Counted from the first letter of the stretch, positions 38,443 to 49,183 are shown. The stretch is 64,000 nt of DNA from an uncultured bacterium (GCA_965371785.1 CBDUZS010000001.1:5297-69296); one strand, 5' to 3'. Numbers and translations: made by a program. The notes: a model not told the origin generated them from the letters alone.

Positions 38443-38934
38443 TTATACACAGGCTGGTCCACTGTCGTCCGGTTCGTTTCTCGCTGTATCCCTGCAATAC
38501 CGTCCGGTAGAGGCCGAGAACACCGCTGCCAGCCCCATCCCGCCTGCAGCCCCGGTCAGAATCCTGATGAAGTTAAGGCTTGTGTACAATCCCATGTACT
38601 GCAGCGCTCCGTCCACGGCAAGCGGTACGATCAGCAGCACCGCCAGCCAGAGGGGTATTCTCAGCAGCTCGAAAAGGACGAGAACCGCACCTGCAACCAT
38701 GCCTGCCCAGAAGGCGGTACAGCGTGAGCACAGACCGCTGAGTCCCCATGGAAGCTCCAGGCTGCGTGAAGCGAGCCTGTGGCAGGTTGCGGACAGAACA
38801 GGGTCCACTGCATCAGAAACGCTGTCGGGAAGAATGGGTTCCACGATGGATGCAGTGAGGAATAAGAGCGAAGGGAGTCCGATGATGAGTGCCAGGATCA
38901 GTCTTCTGCGGCTCGTAAAAGCCGGATCAGCCAT
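38443..38934 (-). CDS. DUF2085-like membrane protein
   Basis: CHRLASRS...LCSRCTAFWAG; PLAVDG; RILTG. Confidence 0.75.
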   Translation of the reverse strand: MADPAFTSRRRLILALIIGLPSLLFLTASIVEPILPDSVSDAVDPVLSATCHRLASRSLELPWGLSGLCSRCTAFWAGMVAGAVLVLFELLRIPLWLAVLLIVPLAVDGALQYMGLYTSLNFIRILTGAAGGMGLAAVFSASTGRYCRDTARNEPDDSGPACV

Positions 38935-40321
38935 CAGCCCATGTGTCGGCGGTCCAGCCGAACTGATCTCTCACGCAACCCTCACCCATGATCTCCAGGG
39001 CAGCGTACTGTCCCATCTCGATCGAATGGTCCATGTTGTTGTATCTGAAGAGCCCCTGTCTTCCACAGGTCACTGAGCCCTCGAGGGAATGAAGGCAGTC
39101 CAGCACGGACGCCACCCTTGAAGCGTAACCCAGGTCGTAGATCGGGTAGGCGTGTGCCTGATATGAGAGCATACTTCCCGTGACATCGTCCCTTTCGAAG
39201 AGACCCAGCCTGGCTCCACCCTCGATGGCCGAGTCGAGCAGATCAATCGAACCGTTCCAGATGTCATCGTCTTTCTGGCAGCTGAATTCGAAAACAACCT
39301 GGAAACCTTCAACAGGGAGGTCGTCATCGAAGTTCTCCGGGATGGACAGCCTGTTGAAGAGATACCGTTCCTCGGGGGCGTAAATCCAGTGATCTCTAGC
39401 GTCAGGTCTCTTCCTCACTCGAACGGTCAGGAAGACGATGCCGCGATAATGCAGCAGAGCAGCAACGGAGTGAGCCGTATCCGGAAGCTTCCCGCCGAGA
39501 AGCCTGACGTATTCGGTAACGGGAATGGTGTTGATGATCCTGGAAACCCGGATTTCATCGTTGCCGGTGGAGATCACGAATCTGCCATCGTTACCGATGG
39601 TTATACTCTTCGGAACGGTGTCGAAGGCAAACTTCCCTCCTGCCTTCGCAATCCTCTTCTCGAATGCTTCGGCGATATGGCCTATCCCGCCTTTTGGATA
39701 ATGAAACGTGCTGACAAGACTCCTGATCTTGTCACCACTCGGGAAAAGCGTCTCCTTTACCAGACCTGACAGGCCTGGAACCGTAATCCGCTGACTTGCC
39801 CAGTCGGCGGAGAGTGAGGAAGGCGGACACCCCCATAATTTCTCCGTGTAGGGCCCGAAGTAGATATCGTACAGCTGCCTGCCGAACCTCTTCAGAACCC
39901 AGCCCTCGAAGTCGTCCTCGCTTCTGGGGGAAAAGATATTCCTGACCTTCTCGCCAATGTAGCTCCCGACAATCCCGATACCGCGGTGCGGAGGCATTCG
40001 TCTCAGCACATCGCCAAGTGACAGAGGATAGTGAAAATAGCGATCCATGAGTCTGATCCTGCTGAGCCTCTCGAGCTGTAACAGCCGCTCGGGCAGCAGG
40101 GTGGAAATCCGCTCGAGAATCAAGGAATTCTGGGTATGGAACCTGTGGGGGCCGAAATCGAAATGAAATCCATCAGCTCTCACGGTAGCGGCAAGTCCAC
40201 CCGATCCTGAATTCTTCTCAATGACGAGCACATCGTATCCTCTGGAGACCAGAACGTCTGCCGCACTCAGACCGGCAAGACCTGCTCCGAGGACTGCTAC
40301 GGTACAGGGTTCATGGCTCAT
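38927..40321 (-). CDS. FAD-dependent oxidoreductase (HemY / UDP-galactopyranose mutase-like)
   Basis: GAGLAGL, GGLA, FDFGPHRF, YTEKLWG, AYPIY, GRQGLFRYNNMDHSIEMG. Confidence 0.8.
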   Translation of the reverse strand: MSHEPCTVAVLGAGLAGLSAADVLVSRGYDVLVIEKNSGSGGLAATVRADGFHFDFGPHRFHTQNSLILERISTLLPERLLQLERLSRIRLMDRYFHYPLSLGDVLRRMPPHRGIGIVGSYIGEKVRNIFSPRSEDDFEGWVLKRFGRQLYDIYFGPYTEKLWGCPPSSLSADWASQRITVPGLSGLVKETLFPSGDKIRSLVSTFHYPKGGIGHIAEAFEKRIAKAGGKFAFDTVPKSITIGNDGRFVISTGNDEIRVSRIINTIPVTEYVRLLGGKLPDTAHSVAALLHYRGIVFLTVRVRKRPDARDHWIYAPEERYLFNRLSIPENFDDDLPVEGFQVVFEFSCQKDDDIWNGSIDLLDSAIEGGARLGLFERDDVTGSMLSYQAHAYPIYDLGYASRVASVLDCLHSLEGSVTCGRQGLFRYNNMDHSIEMGQYAALEIMGEGCVRDQFGWTADTWADG

Positions 40322-40330
40322 GAGGGCAAC

Positions 40331-41932
40331 CTACCTCGTTTCATCGATCCAGACGATTCTGATCTGATTGTCAGGCTGTAACGGAGAGTTCATGCCTATG
40401 TACTCGATGACCGCATCGAACAGCGTCACCCCTGCACTGGTCGATTCGAACTCCCTCATCAAGTCGTAACCGACATTCCCCTGAGCCAGGTATCCAGTGG
40501 TTACGAACCTGTAAACATGTTCTTCATCAAGGGGAACACCATCGATCAGCATGTTCTCTATCCTGTTTCCATCTTCTGAAGCCTGGTTACGCATCGCGGT
40601 CAGGCCTGCTATTTCCATGTCCCGACGCCGTCCCTGCATACCGGTTTCGAGAACCTCGACAAGTTCAGCTCCCGTGAGCATGAAAATGAACAGATCCTCC
40701 TCGAATGGAATGGCTTCGTATACAATCCTCGGTGTTACCGGTCCCCTGGGGATTGGTGCCCGGATACCGCCGCGGTTCATCAGGGCAACGTCTGCATCGG
40801 TTACCTCGAGCATGGCATCCGCGATCAGCCTGCCCAGAGGATGCTCGGCACTGCCTCTTGGAATCTCCCGGAGTGCCTCGCCTATCACATTATCCATGCC
40901 CTCTTCAGCCATATCCCTGTAGCCCTCTATGATCTCTTCCATTACCGGATCGGACCAGAACTGATCATGAAGAAGGCTTATGTACTCCTCCCCGAAGGGC
41001 AAATCGTAGCCGAGCAGAATTCCTGTCTCACCGTCCAGGGCAAGTCGCAGATGACCGATTCCGGTTCCGTTGGCGTACCCCTGGACGATGACGGTGTGGT
41101 TGATCGGGTTGACCCAGGGCTCGGCAAACCCGATGTGGGTGTGACCGGAAATGATCACATCAATACCGTGAACGAGTGTAGACAACTCGGTGTTGTTCAT
41201 CGAGAAGTCCTTTGTGTACTCTTCACCGGCTTCCCAGGCCTCGTAAATCCTTTCGAGATACTTCGAGGGATCGGGGGGCTGTCCGAGATGCGATATCAGG
41301 ATGATCACATCGGCACCTTCGGATTCGGCCAGCTCTACGTAGTACTCAGTCGCTTCGACCTCGTCGGTGAACAGGTAACCCTCCAGAACTTCCTGGTCTA
41401 CAAGCCCGTAGGTGTCAGGAGTTACAAGGCCGATGAAGGCTACATCGATACCGCCGAAGTCCATTACGACGTAGGGCTCAATCGGAGAGGGTATCCCGCC
41501 TGTTGAAGTCGAAACGAAATTGGCACAGACAACCGGGAATTCCGCCTGTCTGCACAGATTCAGGGCATTCGTGACCCCATCATCGAAATCGTGATTTCCG
41601 AGGGTCATCAGATCGTATCCGGCAAGGTTCATCCATTCCATTATCAACCGTCCGGTATCGTAGTTACCGGTAGGTGTTCCCTGGTAGATGTCCCCCGCGT
41701 CTACGAGCAGACAGTACTCGCCCTCTTCCACGCAGCTCGCACGTACTTCCTCTACGTAAGCGTATATCCAGGCGCCTCCACCTATCCAGGGAGGGAAATC
41801 CGGGTTGAGGAACGTTGCTCTCCGCGGAACTATGCCGCCATGTATATCATTGGTGTGCAGAATATTGAGGTATACCACATCGGCAGAGGCCAGAGAGACG
41901 GCAACGAGAAGGAGTACTGCGAGATATCGCAT
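40331..41932 (-). CDS. Secreted 5'-nucleotidase / UDP-sugar hydrolase
   Basis: ILHTNDIHG, VDAGDIYQG, LGNHDFD, ISHLG, SGHTH, MNRGGIR. Confidence 0.9.
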   Translation of the reverse strand: MRYLAVLLLVAVSLASADVVYLNILHTNDIHGGIVPRRATFLNPDFPPWIGGGAWIYAYVEEVRASCVEEGEYCLLVDAGDIYQGTPTGNYDTGRLIMEWMNLAGYDLMTLGNHDFDDGVTNALNLCRQAEFPVVCANFVSTSTGGIPSPIEPYVVMDFGGIDVAFIGLVTPDTYGLVDQEVLEGYLFTDEVEATEYYVELAESEGADVIILISHLGQPPDPSKYLERIYEAWEAGEEYTKDFSMNNTELSTLVHGIDVIISGHTHIGFAEPWVNPINHTVIVQGYANGTGIGHLRLALDGETGILLGYDLPFGEEYISLLHDQFWSDPVMEEIIEGYRDMAEEGMDNVIGEALREIPRGSAEHPLGRLIADAMLEVTDADVALMNRGGIRAPIPRGPVTPRIVYEAIPFEEDLFIFMLTGAELVEVLETGMQGRRRDMEIAGLTAMRNQASEDGNRIENMLIDGVPLDEEHVYRFVTTGYLAQGNVGYDLMREFESTSAGVTLFDAVIEYIGMNSPLQPDNQIRIVWIDETR

Positions 41933-41950
41933 CAGGATCACCTCCGTTCC

Positions 41951-43141
41951 CTACAGGATTCTGCCGATTGAGATCATAATTCTGGTTTCACTTTCCTCGA
42001 CCCAGAGGCTGTCATCCTGGGGAAACGAGATCAGACCGGGGATTTCCGTCTGGCCCCACCTCACCGGTGAGAAGCCTGCTCCGAAATCCAGTTCCCAGCT
42101 CGATATCCTGAAACCCATACCAACGGTAAATGTCATCCTGTCGAGAGCCCTGGCGATGGGAGAACGGTCGAAGGCAAACCCCGCCCTTACGGCTGGTCCA
42201 CCTGGAAGGTGATTCTCCACTCCTGCATGAAAGCCCCAGCTGTTGTCGAGCCCCGCATCCTCTCCGTCGACTTCGGTGGAACTTCCATTCTCCCAGTAGA
42301 ATTCGGCGGCAAAAGTACTCCTGAGCCTGTTGCCGGGAACGTAGACCGCGCCACCCCGAAGAGTCAGAGGAAGGCTTACATCCACTTCATCAGGGCCGTC
42401 GGAAGCGGTGAACGAAAGAGCCTTCTCCGCGGTCAGGGAGAAGGACAGACGTTCCAGAGGCACCAGCAGGAGCCCTCCTCTTACAGCCATACCGGAGTAA
42501 TCAGTTCTGTCATGCTGCGCTTCGTCCGGAGTAGCAGGATCCACATGGGTCTTCTCCCAGTTCAACCGTCTCGTACCGGTGAGATAGCCACCGCCAAGCC
42601 CGATGCAGAGCAGATCCGAGGGCATGAATGCCGTTGACAGAACGAATTCGCTGACGTTCCCGGAAACTTCCAGATCTTCGGCACCCGTTTTCACGTAATT
42701 ATCGTCTCTGACAGTTCTGTTCCAGCGGTAATGGAATGTCCCTGCTACGCGCCAGCCGACGGCAAGAGCAAGAGATGAGGGAAATCCCCCCACATCTCTG
42801 ATGCTGACGGCGACTCCTCCCGGTTCGAAGAACAGGTTCTGATCGAAAGAGTACTCGGATTCGCCAATCGAGCTGCCAAAGCTGTCATAGACCTTCCTGG
42901 TCCTCTTCTCCATTGTGAAGAGTGCGGAACCGGACAGGTCAATTCGAACGCCTTCATCAGCCAATCCCAGTATCGCAGGGTTGACCAGGGCACCAAGAGC
43001 GGAGGGCTCTACAAAGCCGGTCTCTCCCATTCCCAGGGATCTGGCCGTTCCCGCAGGATACTGAGAACCCAGCCAGCTCACTTCGGGCAATCCTCCGGTA
43101 ATTGCCAGAAAAGAAATCAGCCCTGCTGCAAGTACGTTCAT
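41951..43141 (-). CDS. Outer-membrane beta-barrel (FadL/PorV-like)
   Basis: TARSLGMG...VNPAIL motif; amphipathic strands. Confidence 0.7.
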   Translation of the reverse strand: MNVLAAGLISFLAITGGLPEVSWLGSQYPAGTARSLGMGETGFVEPSALGALVNPAILGLADEGVRIDLSGSALFTMEKRTRKVYDSFGSSIGESEYSFDQNLFFEPGGVAVSIRDVGGFPSSLALAVGWRVAGTFHYRWNRTVRDDNYVKTGAEDLEVSGNVSEFVLSTAFMPSDLLCIGLGGGYLTGTRRLNWEKTHVDPATPDEAQHDRTDYSGMAVRGGLLLVPLERLSFSLTAEKALSFTASDGPDEVDVSLPLTLRGGAVYVPGNRLRSTFAAEFYWENGSSTEVDGEDAGLDNSWGFHAGVENHLPGGPAVRAGFAFDRSPIARALDRMTFTVGMGFRISSWELDFGAGFSPVRWGQTEIPGLISFPQDDSLWVEESETRIMISIGRIL

Positions 43142-43153
43142 AATCCCTCCACC

Positions 43154-45589
43154 CTACCAGCGGAAATCCAGCTGGCAGCGAATACCGTATTCCGTGACGT
43201 GATCCCCGAAATCTCTGACAGGACTGTCCGGGTCTCCCTGGTAGTAGTACCGGTCGTCAGGATCCGGTCTGTAGAGACCGTTCCTTGGAAAGAAAGTGTC
43301 TTTCCTGAGTATCCTGAATCGCAGCTGCAGGTAATCGGACAGGGAGTTCTTCACCGTAATGTACAACTTCGTACCCCTGCCATCCAGGAAATCGATGTCG
43401 GTATCCTCGAACTCCCATTGACTCATTCCGTTGGTGGTCCAGAGAGTTGTTCCGCCCAGAACTGACAGATCGTCGGTGAAATTGTGCTCCCACCTCGCGG
43501 AAATGTAGCCTCCGGTCATGAGTCTGTCGTCTCCGTACAGGGGATTTGGAGTAAGGCCGACAAGACCGAATCGGAGCCGGATGTCGAAGTAGTCACCCTC
43601 CCATGGCAGGAAAAACGTACGAAACGTGAATTCCTGTGTGCGGGAAGTGGTAGGAATCACTTCCTTCGGCTTGGTCTTCTCCTGGTACTTGTACTTGAAT
43701 CTGAACCTCACAGGCCAGTCCGGTCTGTACTCCACTTCTCCCTGGAATCTGTGGTTGTTGAAAGAGTAGGGCAGGCTTCGCCAGACATCAAGATAGACTT
43801 TCGTGAACGTGATCTGTCTGCTGAGCTGGAATCTGCTCTCCAGGTATATCCCCTCTTCCGGTTTCGGAGTCGGCCAGTTCACCATTTCCGAAGAAATCGG
43901 GTCGTTCAACCTGTAAGGTTTCTCGAACACGGTGTCATCGAACCGGGTCTGCTCTGCAAAGCCCCTGTTGTACGGGTTCGTATAGCCGATATCGTAATGC
44001 CTGAAGGCCCCGAGCAGGTAGAACCAGTTGTTCTGCCATCTGGCCTGCGCCAATCCTGCGATGGAGCCGTTATCCTGTCTTGCCAGCTCGCCTTCGAAGC
44101 TCGTGTTCCAGAGAACGGTCTGCCCGGCCACCGCGACGACATTCAGGTGATTACCCGACAAAAAGTTACTGTACTCGGGACAGCTCCACACGTAGGAGTC
44201 ATTTGGAATATCGAGGTACGTGTAGTCCGGGTTGAGGGAATCGTCCCAAGCCACACTCAGACCACCGATGCCTATTGCAGTTCCCACCGGTAACACTCCT
44301 CCGAGATCCAGGAATGCGTAACCGCCATACGTTGTTTCGAGAAGTACATTCGAGTACGGCTCTGTTCTCACCGTGGTCAACAGAAGGGTGTTAGGTGAAC
44401 CATCGGAGTTCACCAGGGCATCCCTGTACGCGCTCGAATAGAATCCATATCCGAGTACGCTTCCCATCCTGACCTGTGCAGCCCCGCCAAGGAAAGCGAA
44501 CTGCCTTGTGGAAGTGAGATCGGGATAAAGTCCCCATGATCTGTTCATGCTCCGGTACATGAGTTCATCGCTGTTGTCCACCAGCAGCCCCTGACCAAGC
44601 GACAACCTGTAGTTCCCGAGCACGACCTGCTCGACGATGCCGAGGTGGCTCAGTGAGACGTACGCTTTCCCTCTGTCGAACGTGCTGCTGACCTGTCCCA
44701 TATCCAGATCGTAGAAGAGACCTGAGCCAGCCGTCGAGTTTCGCTGCCGAGAGAGACGGACTCCGCCCCGGAACCTGTCACCAAGGCCGATTCTTAACCT
44801 GTGGGTACAACCAGTGACACTTCTAGCCGACTGCGCTTCAAGGAGTTCAGAACTAAGTTGTTCGTAGAGCGCGGCACTGTCTACAGGACTTCCGGTGTAA
44901 TCACGGCCACCCGTTCTCATTTCGTACAGAGCCGACTCGAGGCTGTTCAGAACACCGCTCAGGCTTTCCTCGTCATCGTTCCTGCCGTCTCCTCCGTCTA
45001 CAACGAGCCTGTAGCTCCCGAAAAGATCCATGGAGGACAGATCCAGTTCTCTGGTGGACACGAAATCCCTCATGTTCCTGTAGCCGTAGTAACTGAGGTA
45101 ATCCGTGCTTCGCAGCGACCTAACGGCAGATAGCTCTCCGAGAGTTCTCAACCGTCGCTCGACTGCGACGGCATCGATCAGGCTGACTCTGTCCAGTGCC
45201 CTGAGATCCCACATCGAGGAACTGTTGATGGGGAGCGGACGCACCAGCAGGTTCTCCCACTCCTCAACGGCCGCATCACCGGGACCATCCTCCTCAGCAA
45301 GCCTTTCCATGACATCCATCACATCGGGGGAGAGACGCCCCTGAGCAGGTGGAAGCACAGCGTAAACCTTCTTCAGAGAAATGAGCTCGGTCGCGGTGAA
45401 CCCGGGAAGCACCATTACCTCGTATACGTCCAGCAGACCTCCCGTTTCGAAGATGTAATCCCTGAGTATTTCTGCCTGCTCCGGTGAAAGCCCCGCCCTC
45501 CGGACCATCTCCTCAGCGGTCGCATCATTCAGATCGAGACAGCCAGGCGGCGAGAGTGATAGAAAGATGATCAACAGGCTAGAAACCAT
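43154..45589 (-). CDS. ComEA-like helix-hairpin-helix protein fused to an outer-membrane beta-barrel
   Basis: LDLNDATAEEM...GLS and LPINSSSMWDLRAL HhH modules; LGNYRLSLGQGL; C-terminal LDFRW. Confidence 0.78.
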   Translation of the reverse strand: MVSSLLIIFLSLSPPGCLDLNDATAEEMVRRAGLSPEQAEILRDYIFETGGLLDVYEVMVLPGFTATELISLKKVYAVLPPAQGRLSPDVMDVMERLAEEDGPGDAAVEEWENLLVRPLPINSSSMWDLRALDRVSLIDAVAVERRLRTLGELSAVRSLRSTDYLSYYGYRNMRDFVSTRELDLSSMDLFGSYRLVVDGGDGRNDDEESLSGVLNSLESALYEMRTGGRDYTGSPVDSAALYEQLSSELLEAQSARSVTGCTHRLRIGLGDRFRGGVRLSRQRNSTAGSGLFYDLDMGQVSSTFDRGKAYVSLSHLGIVEQVVLGNYRLSLGQGLLVDNSDELMYRSMNRSWGLYPDLTSTRQFAFLGGAAQVRMGSVLGYGFYSSAYRDALVNSDGSPNTLLLTTVRTEPYSNVLLETTYGGYAFLDLGGVLPVGTAIGIGGLSVAWDDSLNPDYTYLDIPNDSYVWSCPEYSNFLSGNHLNVVAVAGQTVLWNTSFEGELARQDNGSIAGLAQARWQNNWFYLLGAFRHYDIGYTNPYNRGFAEQTRFDDTVFEKPYRLNDPISSEMVNWPTPKPEEGIYLESRFQLSRQITFTKVYLDVWRSLPYSFNNHRFQGEVEYRPDWPVRFRFKYKYQEKTKPKEVIPTTSRTQEFTFRTFFLPWEGDYFDIRLRFGLVGLTPNPLYGDDRLMTGGYISARWEHNFTDDLSVLGGTTLWTTNGMSQWEFEDTDIDFLDGRGTKLYITVKNSLSDYLQLRFRILRKDTFFPRNGLYRPDPDDRYYYQGDPDSPVRDFGDHVTEYGIRCQLDFRW

Positions 45590-46403
45590 AGATCACACCC
45601 ATCTGATGCGTCAGGTCCAGTTGCGGATGTGTCTGGACGGCATATTCGATCTCCATTCCCGATATCTTCACGGCAAACCCCCCTGTAACCGTAGCCGGGG
45701 AACTCTGCACACCGGCCATCAGGCGGAGTGCTCCCAACGGCAGCGATTGCCCGGCATGGAGCCTGGTCCCGCGGAAATCCCTTGACAGGGTTAAGGCCGT
45801 AACAAGCCCGGGAGACGGTTCATAGCTTACGCCAACATCGATCTTCCTGGAGAGGTACTCACCGCCCTCGCCAATTCGAGCCTGGAATGGATTTCTCACT
45901 GCCGCAGCGATCATCCATCGAGAGTAGAGTCTTACCTGAAAACCTGCGTTGAGTGCGATTGTGCCTGCGCTTCCGTAAGTACTGACACCGTCTTCGATGG
46001 CAGCTCTGCAGTACACTGGCTGAATACCGAATGCCATGTCCTTTGTCAGCTTCCCGGCAGCGGTGAGAGCGATGATCTGTTCGCTGTAGAGGCTTCCTCC
46101 AAAGTACCTGAGGGTCCCCCCGACCGTCCAGTAATCGGAGACGGGAACCGCTCCGTCGAGGCCAGCGGTCGCGAAGTCGAAATTCGTCCATGGAAGCCGG
46201 GCTGAGATACTGATAACGGTGTTTTCGATACCTGCTATGGAGGCGGGATTCCAGAACAGTGCGCCCACTCCCGAGGAGACAACACCGGTGCCGCCCATGG
46301 CCTGTGCAGCAATGCCCGCTTCCAGCTCCTCGAACGATCCCAGTGATACGGATGACAGCGTGAGAACCAGGCTTGCAGTCAGGAAGGTGAGTTTCGGTCT
46401 CAT
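45579..46403 (-). CDS. PorP/PorV-like outer-membrane beta-barrel
   Basis: AAQAMGG...ALFWNPASI; terminal HPQLDLTHQMGVIYGF. Confidence 0.72.
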   Translation of the reverse strand: MRPKLTFLTASLVLTLSSVSLGSFEELEAGIAAQAMGGTGVVSSGVGALFWNPASIAGIENTVISISARLPWTNFDFATAGLDGAVPVSDYWTVGGTLRYFGGSLYSEQIIALTAAGKLTKDMAFGIQPVYCRAAIEDGVSTYGSAGTIALNAGFQVRLYSRWMIAAAVRNPFQARIGEGGEYLSRKIDVGVSYEPSPGLVTALTLSRDFRGTRLHAGQSLPLGALRLMAGVQSSPATVTGGFAVKISGMEIEYAVQTHPQLDLTHQMGVIYGF

Positions 46404-47422
46404 TTCGCCCCCAGTTCAGCAGCGATGACCACGGTCTCGGTCGTGGTCATTCTTCCGCCATCGGAATCGATTTCCTCGAGAAGCAGCAGGTACTGGCCCA
46501 TCGGAAGTATCTCATCGCTGTCATCTCTGCCGTTCCATTCGATCAAATCCCCGGCCGTTCCGGATTCTACGATGTGGGCGACTGCCCTCCCGGTTCTGTC
46601 GAACAGGGTCAGTACGAACCTGCTTCCGGGCATTCCGCCGTATTCGATCAGCATGAACTCATCGAGTGAAGGTGCAAAAGGATTACCGGTCACGTCGAGA
46701 TGGAAGTAGTCGGGAATTGCGGGATCGAATATCTGCAGGTCCGACTGGTACCGGGGAAGAATCTGGTAGCCGCTCGTGTAGGGAGGTTCAGAATCGTACT
46801 GCCCGCCCAGACCTGTGATGAATAGCCTGGTCCCGGTATTGATTCCCGACACGCTGATACCCGTTGTTTCGCTGACCCTGACCGACACGGCTGCAGAGCC
46901 GTTCCATACATCGAAGTTGTACCCTCCTCCAGCAGAGGAAGGAGCAGAGGCAACGCTCACCCATTGGCTCAAAGCCTGGTTTCCGAGAGCCAGCAACAGA
47001 CCCTCCAGGCTTTCGCCGACACTCTGATTCCTGACCATCTGCAGGGGAGATGGAACACCCGGGTGACCGAGATACTCGAAATCGGAAGGTGAATCCGGTG
47101 ATATTTCAACAAGCCCGTTGTACTGCTTGATCTCACCGGTGATCCGCCACCAGTCTCCTGCATCGATCGCTCCGGGTGACGCAGATTCGTAAGCGTATAC
47201 ATTGATTCCCGCAGTCTCGTCCTGCACGTAGAAGCTCAGACCTGTTTCGCTGAAGAGGGTACCCTCGCATGTTGCTACAGCTTCGATCGTGACTATCTGC
47301 CCCAGAAGATCCGGGATGCCGTCGCCGTTGCCATCGATTCGTGCTTCAGCTACGGTAATGACCTGGGCCATGAGCGACCCGGCACATACAATGATTGGAA
47401 GCGCCAGAAAGGGTACTCTCAT
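46400..47422 (-). CDS. Secreted OB-fold protein with a T9SS/FlgD-like C-terminal domain
   Basis: ITVAEAR...GQIVTIEAV...FYVQDETAGINVY...ITGEIKQYNGLVEI; YQILPRYQSDL; NPFAP...LFDRTGR...WNGRDD...LPMGQY. Confidence 0.75.
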   Translation of the reverse strand: MRVPFLALPIIVCAGSLMAQVITVAEARIDGNGDGIPDLLGQIVTIEAVATCEGTLFSETGLSFYVQDETAGINVYAYESASPGAIDAGDWWRITGEIKQYNGLVEISPDSPSDFEYLGHPGVPSPLQMVRNQSVGESLEGLLLALGNQALSQWVSVASAPSSAGGGYNFDVWNGSAAVSVRVSETTGISVSGINTGTRLFITGLGGQYDSEPPYTSGYQILPRYQSDLQIFDPAIPDYFHLDVTGNPFAPSLDEFMLIEYGGMPGSRFVLTLFDRTGRAVAHIVESGTAGDLIEWNGRDDSDEILPMGQYLLLLEEIDSDGGRMTTTETVVIAAELGAK

Positions 47423-47460
47423 CTCCAGCCCCCTGTCCAAGGGTTCCGCATGTAGATCTG

Positions 47461-48771
47461 CTACCTCGTCGATTCTATTTCGGCATCGGCCAGTTCGGCC
47501 GCCCTGGAGAGCGCTTCTCCCGCGGTCATCCGACCATACAAAGCTATTTCCACGGCTTCGGAGAGAAATTCCCGTCCATCGTACCAGGCAATTATCTGTG
47601 GTTCGAACCGGGCGCAGTCAAGCTGTTCGAGAACGGCCTGCAGCCCGGGATATTCCGCAATCCTCGCGGTAACCTGTGTTTCCAGCAGAGAACTCTGCCT
47701 GGCCGGCAGGTATCCGCTGCCGGCAAACCATCTGGCCTGCTGCTCGGGTTCATTGAACCACTTGATGAACTCCCAGGCGGCAAGGATCCTGGCGGGATCC
47801 CCTCTTCTGAACAGTATTACATTCGTTCCCGCAATGAATACCGCTCTCTCCTCACCCGCAGGGAGGGGTGCAACCCCGATTGTGAAGAAGGAGAGACCGC
47901 TATCCCTTCGCTGCTGCATATCCCTCTCCATGAAGGCAAGTGATGTTACAGAGCCCTGGACCAGGGCAACACGCCCGGCTGCGAACTCCCTCTGGTGCTC
48001 GAATCCTGTTGACAGATAAGCTGTACGATCCGTGTGTATGAGTGAAACAAGATAGTCCAGTGCCGCAACTCCCTCGGGGGAGCTGAATCCAGTAGCAGTT
48101 CCCGTTTCGTTCAGCACGGTTCCGCCTGCCTGCGCAAGGAGGCATTCGAACATCCACACGCTGGATGTAAACGCCGTGCCCCACCTGTCCTCATCGTCGT
48201 TAAGGTCCCCGTCGTTGTTGCCATCGAGCGTGAGAGCTTTGAGAAGCTCTCTATGTTCTTCCCACGTACCGGCCGGTGAGAGATCCTGTTCACTGAAGAG
48301 CTCTCTGTTGTAGTAGATGACGGGAACACTCTTGTTGAAAGGGAAACTGTAAATCCTGCCATCGAATGTGCTGTTGTCACGGAAGACAGGATAAAGATCC
48401 TCCCACATCTCAGCAGTGAACGTAGTGTCCACCCGCATCAGCGAATCGAGCGGAACGAGAACTTCGCCCCCGATCAGTTGAGCGGTCCATGTTTCGTATG
48501 CCTGGGCCAGATCCGGAGGATCTCCCGCCATTACACTGGCCATTATTTTCTGGCTGAGTGCCCTGTAATTCCCCATACAGACCGGGATGATCTCTATACC
48601 TGGATGACCGGCATTGAAATCGGCAATGAGTGAGTCTTCGAGCATTTCCCCGAGGGGGCCGCCCATGGCATGCCAGAAGACAATCCTGACCCCGCCCCCA
48701 CCGTGTGGCCCGCTGCCGCATGCCATGAGTATCGACATGAGCAGGATACATGCAGCACAGAATTTGTTCAC
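47461..48771 (-). CDS. ABC transporter solute-binding lipoprotein (UgpB-like)
   Basis: Lipobox LMAC; FWHAMGG; YSFPFNKSVPVIYYN; AAWEFIKW; GYLP. Confidence 0.88.
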   Translation of the reverse strand: MNKFCAACILLMSILMACGSGPHGGGGVRIVFWHAMGGPLGEMLEDSLIADFNAGHPGIEIIPVCMGNYRALSQKIMASVMAGDPPDLAQAYETWTAQLIGGEVLVPLDSLMRVDTTFTAEMWEDLYPVFRDNSTFDGRIYSFPFNKSVPVIYYNRELFSEQDLSPAGTWEEHRELLKALTLDGNNDGDLNDDEDRWGTAFTSSVWMFECLLAQAGGTVLNETGTATGFSSPEGVAALDYLVSLIHTDRTAYLSTGFEHQREFAAGRVALVQGSVTSLAFMERDMQQRRDSGLSFFTIGVAPLPAGEERAVFIAGTNVILFRRGDPARILAAWEFIKWFNEPEQQARWFAGSGYLPARQSSLLETQVTARIAEYPGLQAVLEQLDCARFEPQIIAWYDGREFLSEAVEIALYGRMTAGEALSRAAELADAEIESTR

Positions 48772-48847
48772 CGCACCCTCCGGAGTTCCTCGGTCTTTCA
48801 GCGTAGACGATTCCTGGTCAGAACACGGCAAGTGAGAGGTTAAGGAA

Positions 48848-49099
48848 TCAGGATTTTACCGGACATTCTCCTGAGCAGCAGGGAGGGGTATCACCCTTGT
48901 CGGAAGCTTGACAGGCTGATTTCGAATAATCGTTTGCGTGGAAGCCAGCGCCTTTGAAGATCAATCCTCCACCTGCTCCGATGAGACGCACAACCTTTCC
49001 GCCACACTCTGGGCATCTTTCTAAAGGCTTGTCAGTCATCTGCTGAAAGAGTTCGAATTTATGGTTGCAGTTCTCACATTCGTATTCGTACGTTGGCAT
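48848..49099 (-). CDS. FmdB-family zinc-ribbon protein
   Basis: MPTYEYECENC...CPECGG...FKGAGF. Confidence 0.9.
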   Translation of the reverse strand: MPTYEYECENCNHKFELFQQMTDKPLERCPECGGKVVRLIGAGGGLIFKGAGFHANDYSKSACQASDKGDTPPCCSGECPVKS

Positions 49100-49183
49100 T
49101 ATGATCCTCCATATTCCTGAACTTCTGCCCGGAAGAACACCCGATTATACAGAACTCCGACGTGTGATTCAAAACGGAACCTG

